The notes: a model not told the origin generated them from the sequence alone. Numbered from the whole stretch's first letter, positions 25,323 to 37,750 are shown. The stretch is DNA of 63,581 nt, filler included, from Octopus bimaculoides (GCF_001194135.2; 6 parts of 3 records of this genome joined end to end with filler, not necessarily neighbours in it); one strand, 5' to 3'. Translations and numbers: made by a program.

Positions 25323-27399
25323 CGTGTGTGTGTGCGTGTGTGTGTGTGTAAAAATAATTCGTACTATATCAGTAAAAGCAACAAAAACGATGTACTTATC
25401 GGAAATATTCAGTAGAATATCGGATAAAATCTATTAGATTATATGATTCATTTCCTGATGGAGTTATTCCATAATTACTAATGATAGTATTTACTTTCAG
25501 GGAACTGAATTTTCTTCTTCGTAATTATCAAATAGACAGCAATATCGTATATTGATAACCTACTGTTATGATAATACTATGACAATCCTAGTATTTCTAC
25601 CACCACCACTACTACTATAATATAAGATGATAATAATGATGATGATGATGATAATGATGATAATGATGATGATGATGGTGAAGATGATGACGATGACGAC
25701 GACGACAGATATAATGATTCTCTCTTTATCAACCCCAAAAGATCGAAGATCTATAATACCATGTAATATAAGTTGGCCAGGGTATTTACAATTATATTTG
25801 GGATGGAAAAGTAAATTGCATAGAAACGAGGGGAAGGGTGAAAATGTTATACAGTTTAAGTACGGCTTAATTTAACATTAATAAAACACAAATACGCAGA
25901 ATTATAAAAAAAACATAAAGTAATAGAATATATAATCATTAAATCTTCATATAACCAGGCAGAAAATATAAGATTGAAGCAAGCTTCTTTATTTCAATAT
26001 TTTTGCCATAAAGGCTAGACAGAGGGGACACTTCAACACAAAAATAAAAGTTCAACTTCCTCTTTTTTTTTTCAGGTGAGGTTATGACACCCCCCCCCCC
26101 CCNNNNNNNNNNNNNNNNNNNNNNNNNNNNNNNNNNNNNNNNNNNNNNNNNNNNNNNNNNNNNNNNNNNNNNNNNNNNNNNNNNNNNNNNNNNNNNNNNN
26201 NNNNNNNNNNNNNNNNNNNNNNNNNNNNNTCGGGAGCAGCCGAAATTGTCCCAGAGCTGGGCACAATTTACTGAAAAAAAAAAAGAAAATCCACATAAAA
26301 TAAATTCTGTCCAACTCAAAACAAAATCACCTACCCCGATGAACTTCCTTTAGTCTTAATTTTTGTTGTTCTTTTTCCTTTTTAGGCCGGAGCTCAAAGC
26401 TCACGTCCTCGCTGTTCACATAGAAGAAAATAACTACCAGCGCATGCGCGGAAGCAAACTTCTTACCACGCAGTCGCGCCTGTGGAAGATTTCTACTTTT
26501 AGAAGGAGACTCTAAAAGTAGAAACCATGAACATGATAATATAAAGGCGCTAATTATTTAAGAATATACATATTTAAGAACATAATTCTATAGAATATCT
26601 TGTTGTTGACCACAGAAAGTATATTTCAAGGATGAAAGTGAACGATGGAATAGAACAACAAGCTCGCCATGACAGTGTTAATGAAAAGAAACACGAACGT
26701 CGATATCACAAGATTAAACAGAATAATATGTGAAGTAGCTTCGATAACTTACTTATTATTCCGTACGAAAGAAAGTGGCTACCTCAACAGATCTTCTCAT
26801 ACAGGAATATCAAAAGAGAATTAAACATAAATAACAAATATACAAGATCGAAAATAAAAGGAGAGTTGTCTCAATTGTCCATAATTAACAAAATGTACAA
26901 CAAAAAGACACAGGAATTATGTGGTATTTAATATCGGGTCATTACGTTCGCTGTTTAATCTCACCCAGGTCAATTTTATAGATGCAGGCAAGTCTATGTG
27001 TTTCAGGAAGTTTGCTTCGTAAGACTGTACTTTTGGGTTCAATTCCACTGGGCAGCTAATTGAGTAGGTGTCTTTTGCGGTCCGACAAATGTCTTGTGAA
27101 TGAATTTGAGAGAATGAAGTAGTTTGTAAACCCATTGCGTATGTATTTATGTGTATGTGCGCGTATGCATGTTTCTATATGTATATGTCTGTATATATGT
27201 ATGTCTGCACCATGTGAGTACACTTTTGTTTCTTTCTATAAAAGCCTCCAATGCTTGAAAACTGACTTTTATTTGTTTGCGATCGCATCATTTAAATACA
27301 GCAACAGCAAAATTTACTGTCGCAATGAACCAGATGCTTCAAGGTGCACCCAAATGGCATGGTCAACATCTACACCATAATCCTTTCTACAAAAGGTAC

Positions 27400-27523
27400 A
27401 AGGCCTGAACTTTTGGAAGAGTGGAAGAGTCGATGTAATCGACTCCAGTCCTCAACTGGTACGTATTTTATCGACTCCGAAAGGAGGAATAGCAAAGTCA
27501 ACTTCAGTGGAATTTGAACTCGC
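27400..27523 (-). mobile_element. SINE family B fragment
   Basis: gtcgatgtaatcgactccagt..caactggtac..ttttatcgactccgaaagga..aaagtcaacttcagtggaatttgaactc is the reverse complement of family B. Confidence 0.7.
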
Positions 27524-27959
27524 ACACACTCACACACACACACACACACAAGCACAAATATATATTTATACACACACAAACATATATATATATATATATA
27601 TATAAGCGTACGTCCTTAAAATACAAGGTATTGTAATAACACCGTTTATCTTGGTGAAACTCGAGTGACGAGGAATCATGCAAGGGAAATATCAATAATC
27701 ATGAAGGTCTGATAAAATATGCAAAGCATCAATCATCGATTATGCAGTGATATTGATTTCTAACTCAGGAACAATGCCAGAAATTTGATGATATACTGAT
27801 TCTTGACCAGACCATATATTAACCATTCCGGCCCCAAAGATTGACTGCTTTTATTTTATTGACACTAGAATAATAGAAGTGGATAAATCATCAAGATAGG
27901 ATTCGATCTCTGAACAGGAATATAGAAATTAACAATAATTTCTGACTCAGATACGTGTT

Positions 27960-28195
27960 TAGCAATTCCGACGAGAGGAAGTTCGTTAACAGCATAAACC
28001 CAGTACTTGAACTTTATTTCATTGACCCACGAGGGATGAAATGTAAACTTAACTTCAGCAGAATTTGAACTCAGAATGGGAACAAGCCCTGAAATTTCGG
28101 TGGTGGATGCTAATCGGTTACAGTGCTCACACGGTACTTGTTTTATTAACCTCAATAGAATGGCAAGATCGACTTCAGTGGAATTCGAACTCAGA
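27960..28195 (-). mobile_element. Two adjacent decayed SINE family B fragments
   Basis: Each ends in ..acttcag(c/t)(a/g)gaatt(t/c)gaactcagaa. Confidence 0.6.
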
Positions 28196-29119
28196 AGCCG
28201 TGTGTTCCATTTGCTGATTGAGTGATACGTTGTGCCTTAAAAAGAGGGGACATTTCATGCAGCTCTATTTTGCTCAGCTGAATAATGAGATCTGTCAGCT
28301 GGAGCTTAACCTTGCAACGGATTGTCGATCTGGATAGGGAGCCAAAAACTGAATAATCTCCGACTCGAGACTGCCTTTCACTAATTTTGCAGAGAAAAAT
28401 ATTAACAAAATGGAATAAACGATACTCTCCGGCGCTCTACCGATTCTGCCAAATATGTCTCACCCTTGATAATCGTATTACAAAAAAACCAAGACTGTAT
28501 GAAGTGATCAATATGACTCTTATCAAATACAGAATATAATCATCAGTTTTAGCATCAACTTTGGACCAACGAACTGCACATCATTAAACAAGACAATAAA
28601 CAGAAAAACCTTTGGCAAAAGATTAAAGAACAAATTCATCGATGTAGTAACATTAATGAAGGCAACATAATAACAGATTTGTTGAATAAAATGACTTACG
28701 GTATTAGTTCCGGTTCTCTGCGCTTTGAGGTCAAACCTACCCAACGTTATGTTTGCCTTTTTTATTTACCTTCCGGAGAACGTGTCAATGAATAAAATGT
28801 TAATCAAAATCCGGGGTCAGTTCTTTGCTTCCCGTAAGCCGTTTGTGTTATGCTGCATGAAATCTAATGAGAGATAACACACACACACACACATTCTTGT
28901 CTCCGGTGATGATGAGGGCAAGAGTAAGAGGCTAACAATCTCTTCTCGAGGGAAAACTGAATAGTTCTAGATACCCTTCACGGGCACCTCGATGTGCAGA
29001 AGAGTAAGTGAGGGAAATAAAGAAACGTAATGTTGATAGATTATAAAGATTGCTTACCTCTATAGTCTACAGTCAAATACGAAGACACGCACACACTCAC
29101 ACGCACACACATATATGTA

Positions 29120-29165
<46 letters not shown>

Positions 29166-29265
29166 NNNNNNNNNNNNNNNNNNNNNNNNNNNNNNNNNNN
29201 NNNNNNNNNTTAATTAATTAANNNNNNNNNNNNNNNNNNNNNNNNNNNNNNNNNNNNNNNNNNNN
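29166..29265. other. Artificial scaffold spacer N44-TTAATTAATTAA-N44
   Basis: Exactly 44 N, the 12-mer (29210-29221), then 44 N; the 12-mer has stops in all six frames. Confidence 0.95.
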
Positions 29266-29267
29266 TA

Positions 29268-29309
<42 letters not shown>

Positions 29310-30216
29310 AGTATAAGCATTTGACTTCTCATATTGAAGTGCTTTTCTCTTGACTGACAACTGATGTTATATTATTGAATTATGTCTGACTCATGCCGGC
29401 TTGGAAAAGTGGGCATTAAACAATGACAACAACAACAGTGATGACGATGGCAGTAGTGGTGGTGGTGGTGGTGGTGGGGAGAAAGTAAATATGCAAAACT
29501 GATGCTACACAAGAGTTTGAGGAATTTTAACAGTGCTATAATTATGTCTGTGAATTCTTGTGTAATAGAACTTGTCAATATACTTGCCTCAATTATCTGT
29601 GACTAACTAAAGTCGGATTTTCAATTCATAGTTGAACGGTTGAAATGAAAGAAAGAGAGAAGGAGAGAGAGAGAGAGAGTTGCTAGAATTAGTCACTAAA
29701 ATGGTTGATTATAAAGAATTAATCCAAACTTATACAACAGAATGAAGTGCAGAAATAGATGTTAAAAATAATGCAAAGGGGATAAAAATAAAGACTGAAT
29801 GTCTCTTTTTAAATAGGAATCGAAATTATTGATTCTTGCAAAATCAAACTCTTCACTGAATGGACTGCAATTGTAAAGATGCAGAAACTGTTGCAATGTT
29901 GCAGCTGCATATGAAGTGCGAACAATGACTGATTCAAATATCAACTTACCAGTTCACAGGTTATCAATGCATCTATATTATTTGTTTATTAATTAATTTG
30001 ATTGCTATTACAATTGGGCAAATAATAGTATCTATGGTTACAGGTTTCAAACCACCAGTCAAGGGGTTATTGTGTTTTTGATGGGGAGGGAAAGGGACAA
30101 GGGAGTATATGTAACTCAATGTAGAACAATTATTGTAAAGGACCTTATTTAAAAGGTACCAGTTTTTCATTTTTCTTGATGATTTTATCATTTGTGTACA
30201 TTCACACACACACACA

Positions 30217-30262
<46 letters not shown>

Positions 30263-30379
30263 GTGTTCAGGCTAAATTTGACAGTTTGTATAAATGGAAA
30301 AGAGACCATAATATCCCTTCGAAAGTATTTTAAAAATATAAAAATATCAGCTAAATTCTGGCTGGGAGATAACAGTTTA

Positions 30380-30715
30380 CTCAGAGTAGCCCCACCACCT
30401 CAGCCCTTGGCCTCGAAATGGCTCAAGAGCCTGGCACATGTGATCATCACTGGGTCCCAGTGAAGATCTTTGTGCACTTCCTCGACTTTGGCCACCAGCT
30501 CAGCTTTGGTGTTGCAGGCAAATCTTTTGGTACTTTTCTCAAGGATGTCCTTCACAAAGTAATCCATGGGATTACAATTAAGGGGCCAAAAATTGGGGTT
30601 GGTGAAGTTGTAGAATTTTTCCTACAACCACTTCTGACTCTTTCTGCAGGTTTGGCAAGGAGCTTCGAACAGTAACACTCTCCAGCCATGGATTGAACAC
30701 AGTCTGCCACAGCTC
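30380..30715 (-). mobile_element. maT/DD37D-like transposase C-terminal fossil
   Basis: Minus strand reads PWLESV..., FYNFTNPNFWPLNCNPMDYFV (WPxxSPDCNPMDY-like, partly deleted), CNTKAELVAKVEEVHKDL. Confidence 0.65.
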
Positions 30716-31399
30716 ATATAGCCATCTGAATTGAGCCTAAGAAGTGTGGGGGGTGGGGGGCGAACGTCAGCATGTAGGCAGAGTCAGAACACCTGCTGCA
30801 TTCCTTCCTGCAGGCCCCACGGAAGCCTTCATCACAGCCGTCCACTTCACATCTCACAGCCTTTGCAGTGTTTACAGGTATTGTGATACTTGGCATGAAC
30901 CATCAGGATACAGATGACTCTTTCCCAATATCCAGATGGCTTCCAGTCTTCCATGTCAACTCACTTTAACTCAACTGCAACTTTAATCTGAATGCTCTTC
31001 AATGCTGTTCACTTTTCACCAATGCATCAAGTCATTCCTGAAAAAAAGGAGACATAAAAAAAATCAACACATTCAGCCCAAACAATAATGTGCATGCGTG
31101 TGTGTACATGCATGCAATGGGCTTCTGTGAGGTTTCCATGGGAGAAAAATCCACTTTGGTGGTTGTGAAACAAACTTCTTCACCTCACCACCTTCACATG
31201 TTTCTCATAAATACGAAACCTTAGATTTGTAAAGAACAACACAGAAACTATGTTGCATGAAAGTTATAATTTTCATTTAAGAACATCATTGCTGTAATTA
31301 ATAGAGAATAGCTTTAACAAAGAGACATAAATCTAAGTTAATAATTCTGGCAGCTTGCCATAGAATCTTTGGTTTACAGTACATAAGACCCAAGTACCC

Positions 31400-32300
31400 A
31401 CGTATATGTTCCAAGTTTTTTGATATTTTACTTTAAGACCAAGCCGGGAATAGGAGCTCTTCATTGCACTTGACATGCTTTGAAAAGAGGCAGAGGTATA
31501 AGATGGCACAGGTGAATCGTCAGCATATTGAATCTCATTCTCCATGGTTGAGAGGATTTCAGATGTGACTTTCTGGCAGCAAGTGTTAAAGACGCTGTCA
31601 TCATAGAGTTATGTGATACAAATTCTGTCTTTTTTGATTAACTGTCTCCTAGAAAGAACGGTTACAGCTCCTAGATTAACATTGAAAAGTACAGGGGTAA
31701 GGATGCATCCTTGTATGACCCCCCCCCCACCTGGACATTAAATTGTTCTGAGACTTCACTGCAGAGTGTTGCTCTTGTTTGCATTCATACAACTTCTGGG
31801 TTATCGAATGAAACGTTAGTGGACAACTAAACTTCTGAAGCAGGTGTCACAACTAGGACAGACATACACATCATGAGAAAGAGAAGGGCAGAGAGAGATG
31901 GAGAGAAATCAACAGTTCTATGGATCACATCTAACCACTCTACTGATTGTCTCTGGGTCAGATCTGTCTGATTAAGGATGATCTGGGAGCTATAACAACA
32001 ACTATCTTGACTATTCTATAATCTGTAGAGCTGCAAAGCCATCATGGGAAAGGTTGTGTTTGTAAAGTCTCTCAAGAACAAGTCAGCTTGGCAGAACCCA
32101 ATCTACAAGAAATGACTTCTGTTCATTTTGGCAAATTAACAGAACACTCATTAATTGGTATTATTGCTGATGCTTGCAATGGTGAGTTGTTTTTAGTACG
32201 TTGTACTTGTTTACAGCTACATGGACTGAGCTATTTGAGAATGTTCTACCTTAGTAACAGATGCAGCAAGAAAGGAGTGATAGTACATCAGCTGATGACT
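31400..32300 (-). mobile_element. Decayed RTE-BovB-like LINE reverse-transcriptase fragment
   Basis: GVIQGCILTPVLFN (RT motif), EIQYADD, RLGLKVKYQKT; upstream bases weakly resemble YRGISLLS and ESQCGF. Confidence 0.6.
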
Positions 32301-32654
32301 TCTGTTAGTGCAAAACTCCAATAATCTTCCATCAGTCCAGTCATCTGTTCACTTTTGTCTAATATTCTACACTCCAAGACAAACCAGAAATGAAAATACA
32401 AATTAGAGAACTGCTAGCTGTTTTTCCTGTCTAGCCTGAAGACTCCTAATCTGACAGTTGATATGGAATTATTGTTTGGGATTAGTCAGTGCTTCTCCAG
32501 TAGCAAATACCAAGTTGTTTGGTGATTGATAAGAATTAAATGAAAATTAATTCAGAATCTCTTACTAAGACTTTTCTTCCTATCCACCATTTTCAACACA
32601 AAATATTGTATAAAACAAAAGGAATACATTTTTTACCCTTTATGTAGAATGTGT

Positions 32655-33165
32655 GAAGGCACATGGCCACGTGGTTTGGGTGTTGTACTCATGAACTTAA
32701 GAGCATTGTTTCAATTCCTGCAGCAAGCAGTCCATTGTGTGTCTGAGCAAAATGATTCGTTTTATGTTGCTCCAGCCATCCATTCATCATATCCATCTTC
32801 TCCAACCCCTCTTCCTACGAAGGTTGTGGGGATGGAATCCTTAAGCACGTCCTCTGAAGGATCTTGTCTGAAGCATTCAACTTTTGACTTTCCAGTTGGA
32901 TTCCCAAGAATGACCAACTTAGTCTATGGATATTATCATTATCCAGCCTTCTTTTTCGTCTAGCCATTGGTCACCAGCTCAGCATGAAGTATCCATCCTG
33001 CAATTCTTTTTTGCTCCAGTCCACACGGCTGTAAATGAGTTACAGCAATAGCTGTGAAGCTACCTCTGCAGTGGACTGGCATCCCATCCAGGGGGGGTCA
33101 GTGTTGTAATCTCGGTCACTTATACATTATGGAAACCAAGTTATGGAAACCAGCTTTATGAGTAC
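32655..33165 (+). mobile_element. tRNA-derived SINE (family C) interrupted by a nested insertion
   Basis: Head ggcacatggccacgtggtt..gtttcaattcctg..gagcaaaa..gttgctccag resumes after the insert as ttgctccagtccac..gtaaatgag..gactggcatcccatccagggg. Confidence 0.6.
32776..33010 (-). mobile_element. 5'-truncated LINE 3' end nested in a SINE, 9-bp TSD TTGCTCCAG
   Basis: TSD copies at 32767-32775 and 33011-33019; GATG-rich tail next to the left TSD on the minus strand. Confidence 0.55.
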
Positions 33166-33276
33166 TAAGGTTCATAACAGACCTAAATCTGTAATATTAT
33201 TAGCAACGTTTACAAATATTCTAGATACCTTCCTTAATTATTATTTAGCCTGATGGAACTTCATATATACATACAG

Positions 33277-33310
<34 letters not shown>

Positions 33311-33624
33311 ATGTATATTTATATGTATAGGAAAAATAGAAGTTTATACACACACATACACATATAAATCCATAATTAACAACTTTTGTATTCCCTGCCA
33401 TGTGTCACATCAATAAATTTGCATTGTCACATTTACTATTAATCATGATAGACAGAACTAGTTAATTAATCAACACAGATCAATGACATATCTATTAATA
33501 AGCAATCAGCCCTTTTACCCTCAGGTGTAGATGAACCTTAATATATCAATATGCAGGGGAAAAAAACAAAATTGGTCTTTTTGAGGTTCATTTAACAATT
33601 TACAAAATTATATTTACTTAGACA

Positions 33625-33638
33625 CAAACACACACACA

Positions 33639-33697
<59 letters not shown>
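33625..33697. repeat. (CA)n microsatellite
   Basis: Direct reading. Confidence 0.9.
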
Positions 33698-33702
<5 letters not shown>

Positions 33703-34048
33703 TGTATGTCATCATCATTTAACATTCATGATATATGTTGGCGTCAGGTGGATCATTGGTAGGGGTTGGTCTTTTATACACACACAATGGATTATAATCA
33801 ATGCTGTGTCCCTATGAAGCACATCTGCACATTCCAATTATCAAATGTGTTTAGATGTTTTATATTTGAAATGAGGTCATCCCTATTAGCGGAAAGTCGT
33901 CCTGAATCATTTGCAGAGAAAATATTGAAACAAAGACTGGAAAATTTGATCTCAGCAAATAAAAACTGACAAAATGCTGTTGAGCTCTTTGTGCTACATG
34001 TTAACGATTCTGCCACATGATTATCGCCATCACTATTTAAGGCCACTA

Positions 34049-34263
34049 AGCTGGCAGAATCATTAGGGGGCTGGGTAAAGTGCTCGGGGGCATTTCATCC
34101 ATCTTTATGTTCTGAGTTCAAATTCAGCCAAGGTCGACTTTGCCATTTATCTTTTTGGAGTTGATGATAAGTTAAATACCAGTGAAACACTGGGGTCAAT
34201 GTAATCAACTTGTCCCTCTCCTCCAAAACTTCAAGCCTTGTGCCTTTAGCAAAAAGGATTACT
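34049..34263 (+). mobile_element. SINE family B copy with (ATC)n/(ATT)n tail
   Basis: agctggcagaatcattag..gttctgagttcaaattc..ggtcgactttgcc..ataccagtgaaacactggggtcaatgtaatcaact..gccttgtgcct. Confidence 0.8.
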
Positions 34264-34279
34264 ATCATCATCATCATCA

Positions 34280-34317
<38 letters not shown>

Positions 34318-34319
<2 letters not shown>

Positions 34320-34545
34320 GGTGGCAAACTTGCAGACTTGTTAGCACACTCGGGCCAAATGCTTAACAACATTTTGTCCATCTTTACATTCTGGGTTCAA
34401 ATGCCGCTGGGATTTACTTTGCCTTTCATCCTTTTGGGGTCAATAAAATGAGTACCAGTCAAATGCTGGGGATCAATGTAATGACTATCCCCCTCCCCTC
34501 AAATTTCAGGCTTTGTGCCTATAGTAGAAAGGATTTTTATTATTA
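34318..34545 (+). mobile_element. Second SINE family B copy directly after the tail of the first
   Basis: Same consensus motifs; ends tagtagaaaggatttttattatt. Confidence 0.8.
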
Positions 34546-34721
34546 CTATTATTATATTCATAATGTATTTCCTACACTGTAATGAAACACATCTTGTTTT
34601 AATACATACATATATATGCTGCATAGACATACATATACATACACATGCGATTATCATCATCATCATCATTACCATTACACAAACTCATGCACACACATAC
34701 ATTTCTCTTTTACCAATTTCA

Positions 34722-34995
34722 TTCACAAGGCATTGGTCAGTCAAAGCTAATCTAGAAGACACTTGTCACCCAAGCACTAGCATAGCTAGAGTGTGTGCTC
34801 TTCTGTTGTTTGCTGACCCCAGACCCCACAAAAAACCACATATTGCCTACAGCAGACCCAAAAGTAGCACCCCTTTAAAAGTGCTGCCAAGGGTGGACTG
34901 CCTCTATTGCCTCCCAGCTACACTAGTGCACCCAAGCTGCTGCATGATCCGACTGAACCCGAAACCAGATGGTTAGGAACCAAACTCTTAACTGA
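34722..34995 (-). mobile_element. SINE family A 5' half, interrupted by a MITE
   Basis: cacaaggcattggtc..agaagacacttg..[insert]..cccaag..gactgaacccgaaaccagatggtt is the reverse complement of 4680-4800. Confidence 0.7.
34775..34928. mobile_element. 154-bp hAT-type MITE with ~15-bp imperfect TIRs and an 8-bp TSD
   Basis: TSD CACCCAAG at 34767-34774 and 34929-34936; left end CACTAGCATAGCTAG vs reverse-complemented right end CACTAGTGTAGCTGG (12/15). Confidence 0.75.
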
Positions 34996-36139
34996 TGTTG
35001 CTATCGACCACATCACTGTCATCTGTCTGTGAGAGTTTGTGGAGCAGATAAAAATCCTCGACCCTGGATGATCCCAAAAGACAGAGAAGATCTGGATGGA
35101 GTTTTGCCAACAACTGTATAAACTGATGGAGAATAAAGTGTTCTGGCCCCAAAACACAGTGAAACATTTGCAGTGATATTGAACTGGTAACCTACGGACA
35201 AGTAGTCCAGTATGTTATCTGCTTGACCATCTTACCTTGACCGCCCACCTTTACCTTGTAGCTTCCGTCCTCCATATTGCTTTGACTACAACATAATAAA
35301 TAATAAATTACTTTTATAGTCACTGCTGTCATGAATGGCTTGCTATTTAGTTGCCATGGTGACAGAAGCAGTGGTGGGGTGGGGATGAAATGAGGGAAAG
35401 ACAGAGGAAGGGTGAGGAGAGGGCGAACGGAACAAATTGCAAGAGAAAAGAGGGAGAGGAAGAGTGAGAGAGAAGCAAAGAGAAAGTGACTTTGAGAGAA
35501 GTAAATAACAGGAGAGGGAGCAAAAGAGAGATGAAAAGAGTCTAATGCCCTAAATAGAGAGCAGCAATGCTAACAATGAATCCACAACAAATATAATTAT
35601 GCATTAGTTAATAGTAAAAACAAGCAAAAAACAAGCAAAAAAAACCCCAGAATTCACATTAATATTGCAAGCAGCAAATAGGTTTAATATTCCATGTAGG
35701 AGTTATTGTGAAGTTAAATATATGAATAGGGATATTATTAACATACTGAAAATATTTTGGAATAATGATGATGATGATGATCATCATCATCATCATCGTT
35801 GTCACCTGCTCAGTCCATGCCACTTTCCATGATGGTATGGGCCAAGCAAGTCATTTTGGTTCAAGTCAGTTTTTAATTAGAGTTACTGACTCCCTAAATT
35901 GGTTGGGGGGGGGGGGCACCATATTCCAATAGAAAATTTTATTTGGTTGGTTTCTATGGTTGGATGCTCTTCCTAACACCAACCACTTTATGTAATGTTC
36001 TAGATGCATTTAATCATCATACTAAAGAAGCTATCTTGTCCTTCACAGGACAAAGCTAATAATAACTTTAATAATTGCTGCCCCTGAATTGCTGCCCGAG
36101 CAAAATATTCTTCGTTCTTGCAATAATTTGTACTTTTGG

Positions 36140-36540
36140 CAGGTAACCCACTGCCTGAATATCGATCTTGAGAAATTAGGCTTCTTAAAATCAGAAAGGA
36201 GAAAGCTGATTCAAAGACTACAGATCCAAGCCATCACTGGAACTGTAAAGATCTGTAAAACTTTACAGAAGTTTATCATTTAAGTATAAATGAGCATGTC
36301 TAGATATGCAACTATATGCATGAGAAGGCATACATAGAATAAAATATACAAATCTGCACGTATATATATATATACATACATACATACATACATACATGCA
36401 TGCATACGTATGTACAAAAATATCCTGTTGATGTTGCTGAAATTCCAATGAAGGAGTCTTGTATCTGGGTTAGAAACCAGCTCTTTCTCTATGGGCAAAA
36501 AATCTTGAAATAAAACTGAATAATGACATACATACATACA
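36140..36540 (+). mobile_element. 3' end of an R4/Dong-like (restriction-like endonuclease) non-LTR retrotransposon with 3' UTR
   Basis: VTHCLNIDLEKLGFLKSERRKLIQRLQIQAITGTVKICKTLQKFII* resembles R4-clade C-termini (LQxxAxxGTxxIxxxF); a UTR ending in a (TACA)n tail follows. Confidence 0.5.
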
Positions 36541-36589
36541 TCTATATATACAGATATATGCATGTGAGTGTGTGTGTCTGTGTGTGTAT

Positions 36590-37300
36590 CATTATTATTG
36601 AGCCAGAGCAATGCATGCCATCAAAGTGACACTGGATTATATTTGTATTATACAAAGCCCAATATACCCATCACCACCCAGGTACATACATCACAACCAT
36701 ATGTGTGTGACATGGTGATCTCATATCAAAATAAACAGTGTNNNNNNNNNNNNNNNNNNNNNNNNNNNNNNNNNNNNNNNNNNNNNNNNNNNNNNNNNNN
36801 NNNNNNNNNNNNNNNNNNNNNNNNNNNNNNNNNNNNNNNNNNNNNNNNACATCACAACCATATGTGTGTGACATGGTGATCTCATATCAAAATAAACAGT
36901 GTGTGGCCTTGCAGGTGGGGCCCTGTTGGAATTTTCTTCAGGTCGAGTAGCCCATCCTGCTCAAAAGGTCCCTAAATAAGATTTGCTTTAAGGATGTTGA
37001 ACAAAACAGCCGTATTTCCAGAGGTGAATTATCTAAACCTTAAAGGATTCCTCTCAACACCTGGCTATGATACTCCCCCACTACTTCTGCTCATGATCAG
37101 AGATGCACATATCGTCAGCCACCAAGGGACATGCTCAACTGGTTACGGTCAAACAACTGACAAGCAAATCTGTGGTATTCAGCAGAATATTTGCTGTAGC
37201 CCATCTTTTATACCAAGAGAAAACAATGTACATGATAACACTTCCAATCAGTTAAAATCAGAAGCCATGAGAGTCAATACCTGGCACTGTCTCAAGGCAT
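36590..37300. mobile_element. Non-coding interspersed repeat (unclassified, recalled as high-copy in octopus DNA)
   Basis: Recognised from memory as a frequent octopod repeat. No coding motif; the 144-aa ORF 36994-37428 runs into a microsatellite. Confidence 0.4.
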
Positions 37301-37545
37301 TTATTTTTATCATCATCATCACTATTATTATTATTATTATTATTATTATCTTTGTTGTTGTTGTGTGTGTGTGTGAGTTTGGCTATATTTTACTGGCCAA
37401 GTTTAATGTAGTTACTTTGTTTTACTAAGATCAGTAAAAGAAGCCCCAGTCACAAGCACTGAGGTTGATGTAATCAACTTGCCTCAACCCCTGAAACTTC
37501 TGGCGTTCTGCTGAAATTGGAAACCAATATTATTAAAGAACGCAG

Positions 37546-37750
37546 TGATCTGGCAGAATTGTTAGCACACTGGGCGGAATGCTTAGCGGCATTTCATCCG
37601 ACCTTACGTTCTGAGTTCAAATTCCATCAAGGTTGACTTCGCCTTTCAGTGGCGATGTACCAGTTATGCACTGGGGTTGATATAATCAGCTAGCCCCCTT
37701 CTCCCCTCAAAAAATTTTGAAAGCCTTGTGCTTAAATTAGAAATAATTGT
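37546..37750 (+). mobile_element. SINE family B copy
   Basis: tggcagaattgttagcacactgggcggaatgcttagcggcatttcatccgaccttacgttctgagttcaaattcc... Confidence 0.8.

Noticed and set aside
29058-29066. 9-nt minus-strand microexon candidate (ACTATAGAG|gtaagc)
   Set aside because: Weak polypyrimidine tract and no host gene context.
36688-36902. 54-bp direct repeat
   Set aside because: The copies flank an N gap exactly: assembly overlap, not a biological repeat.
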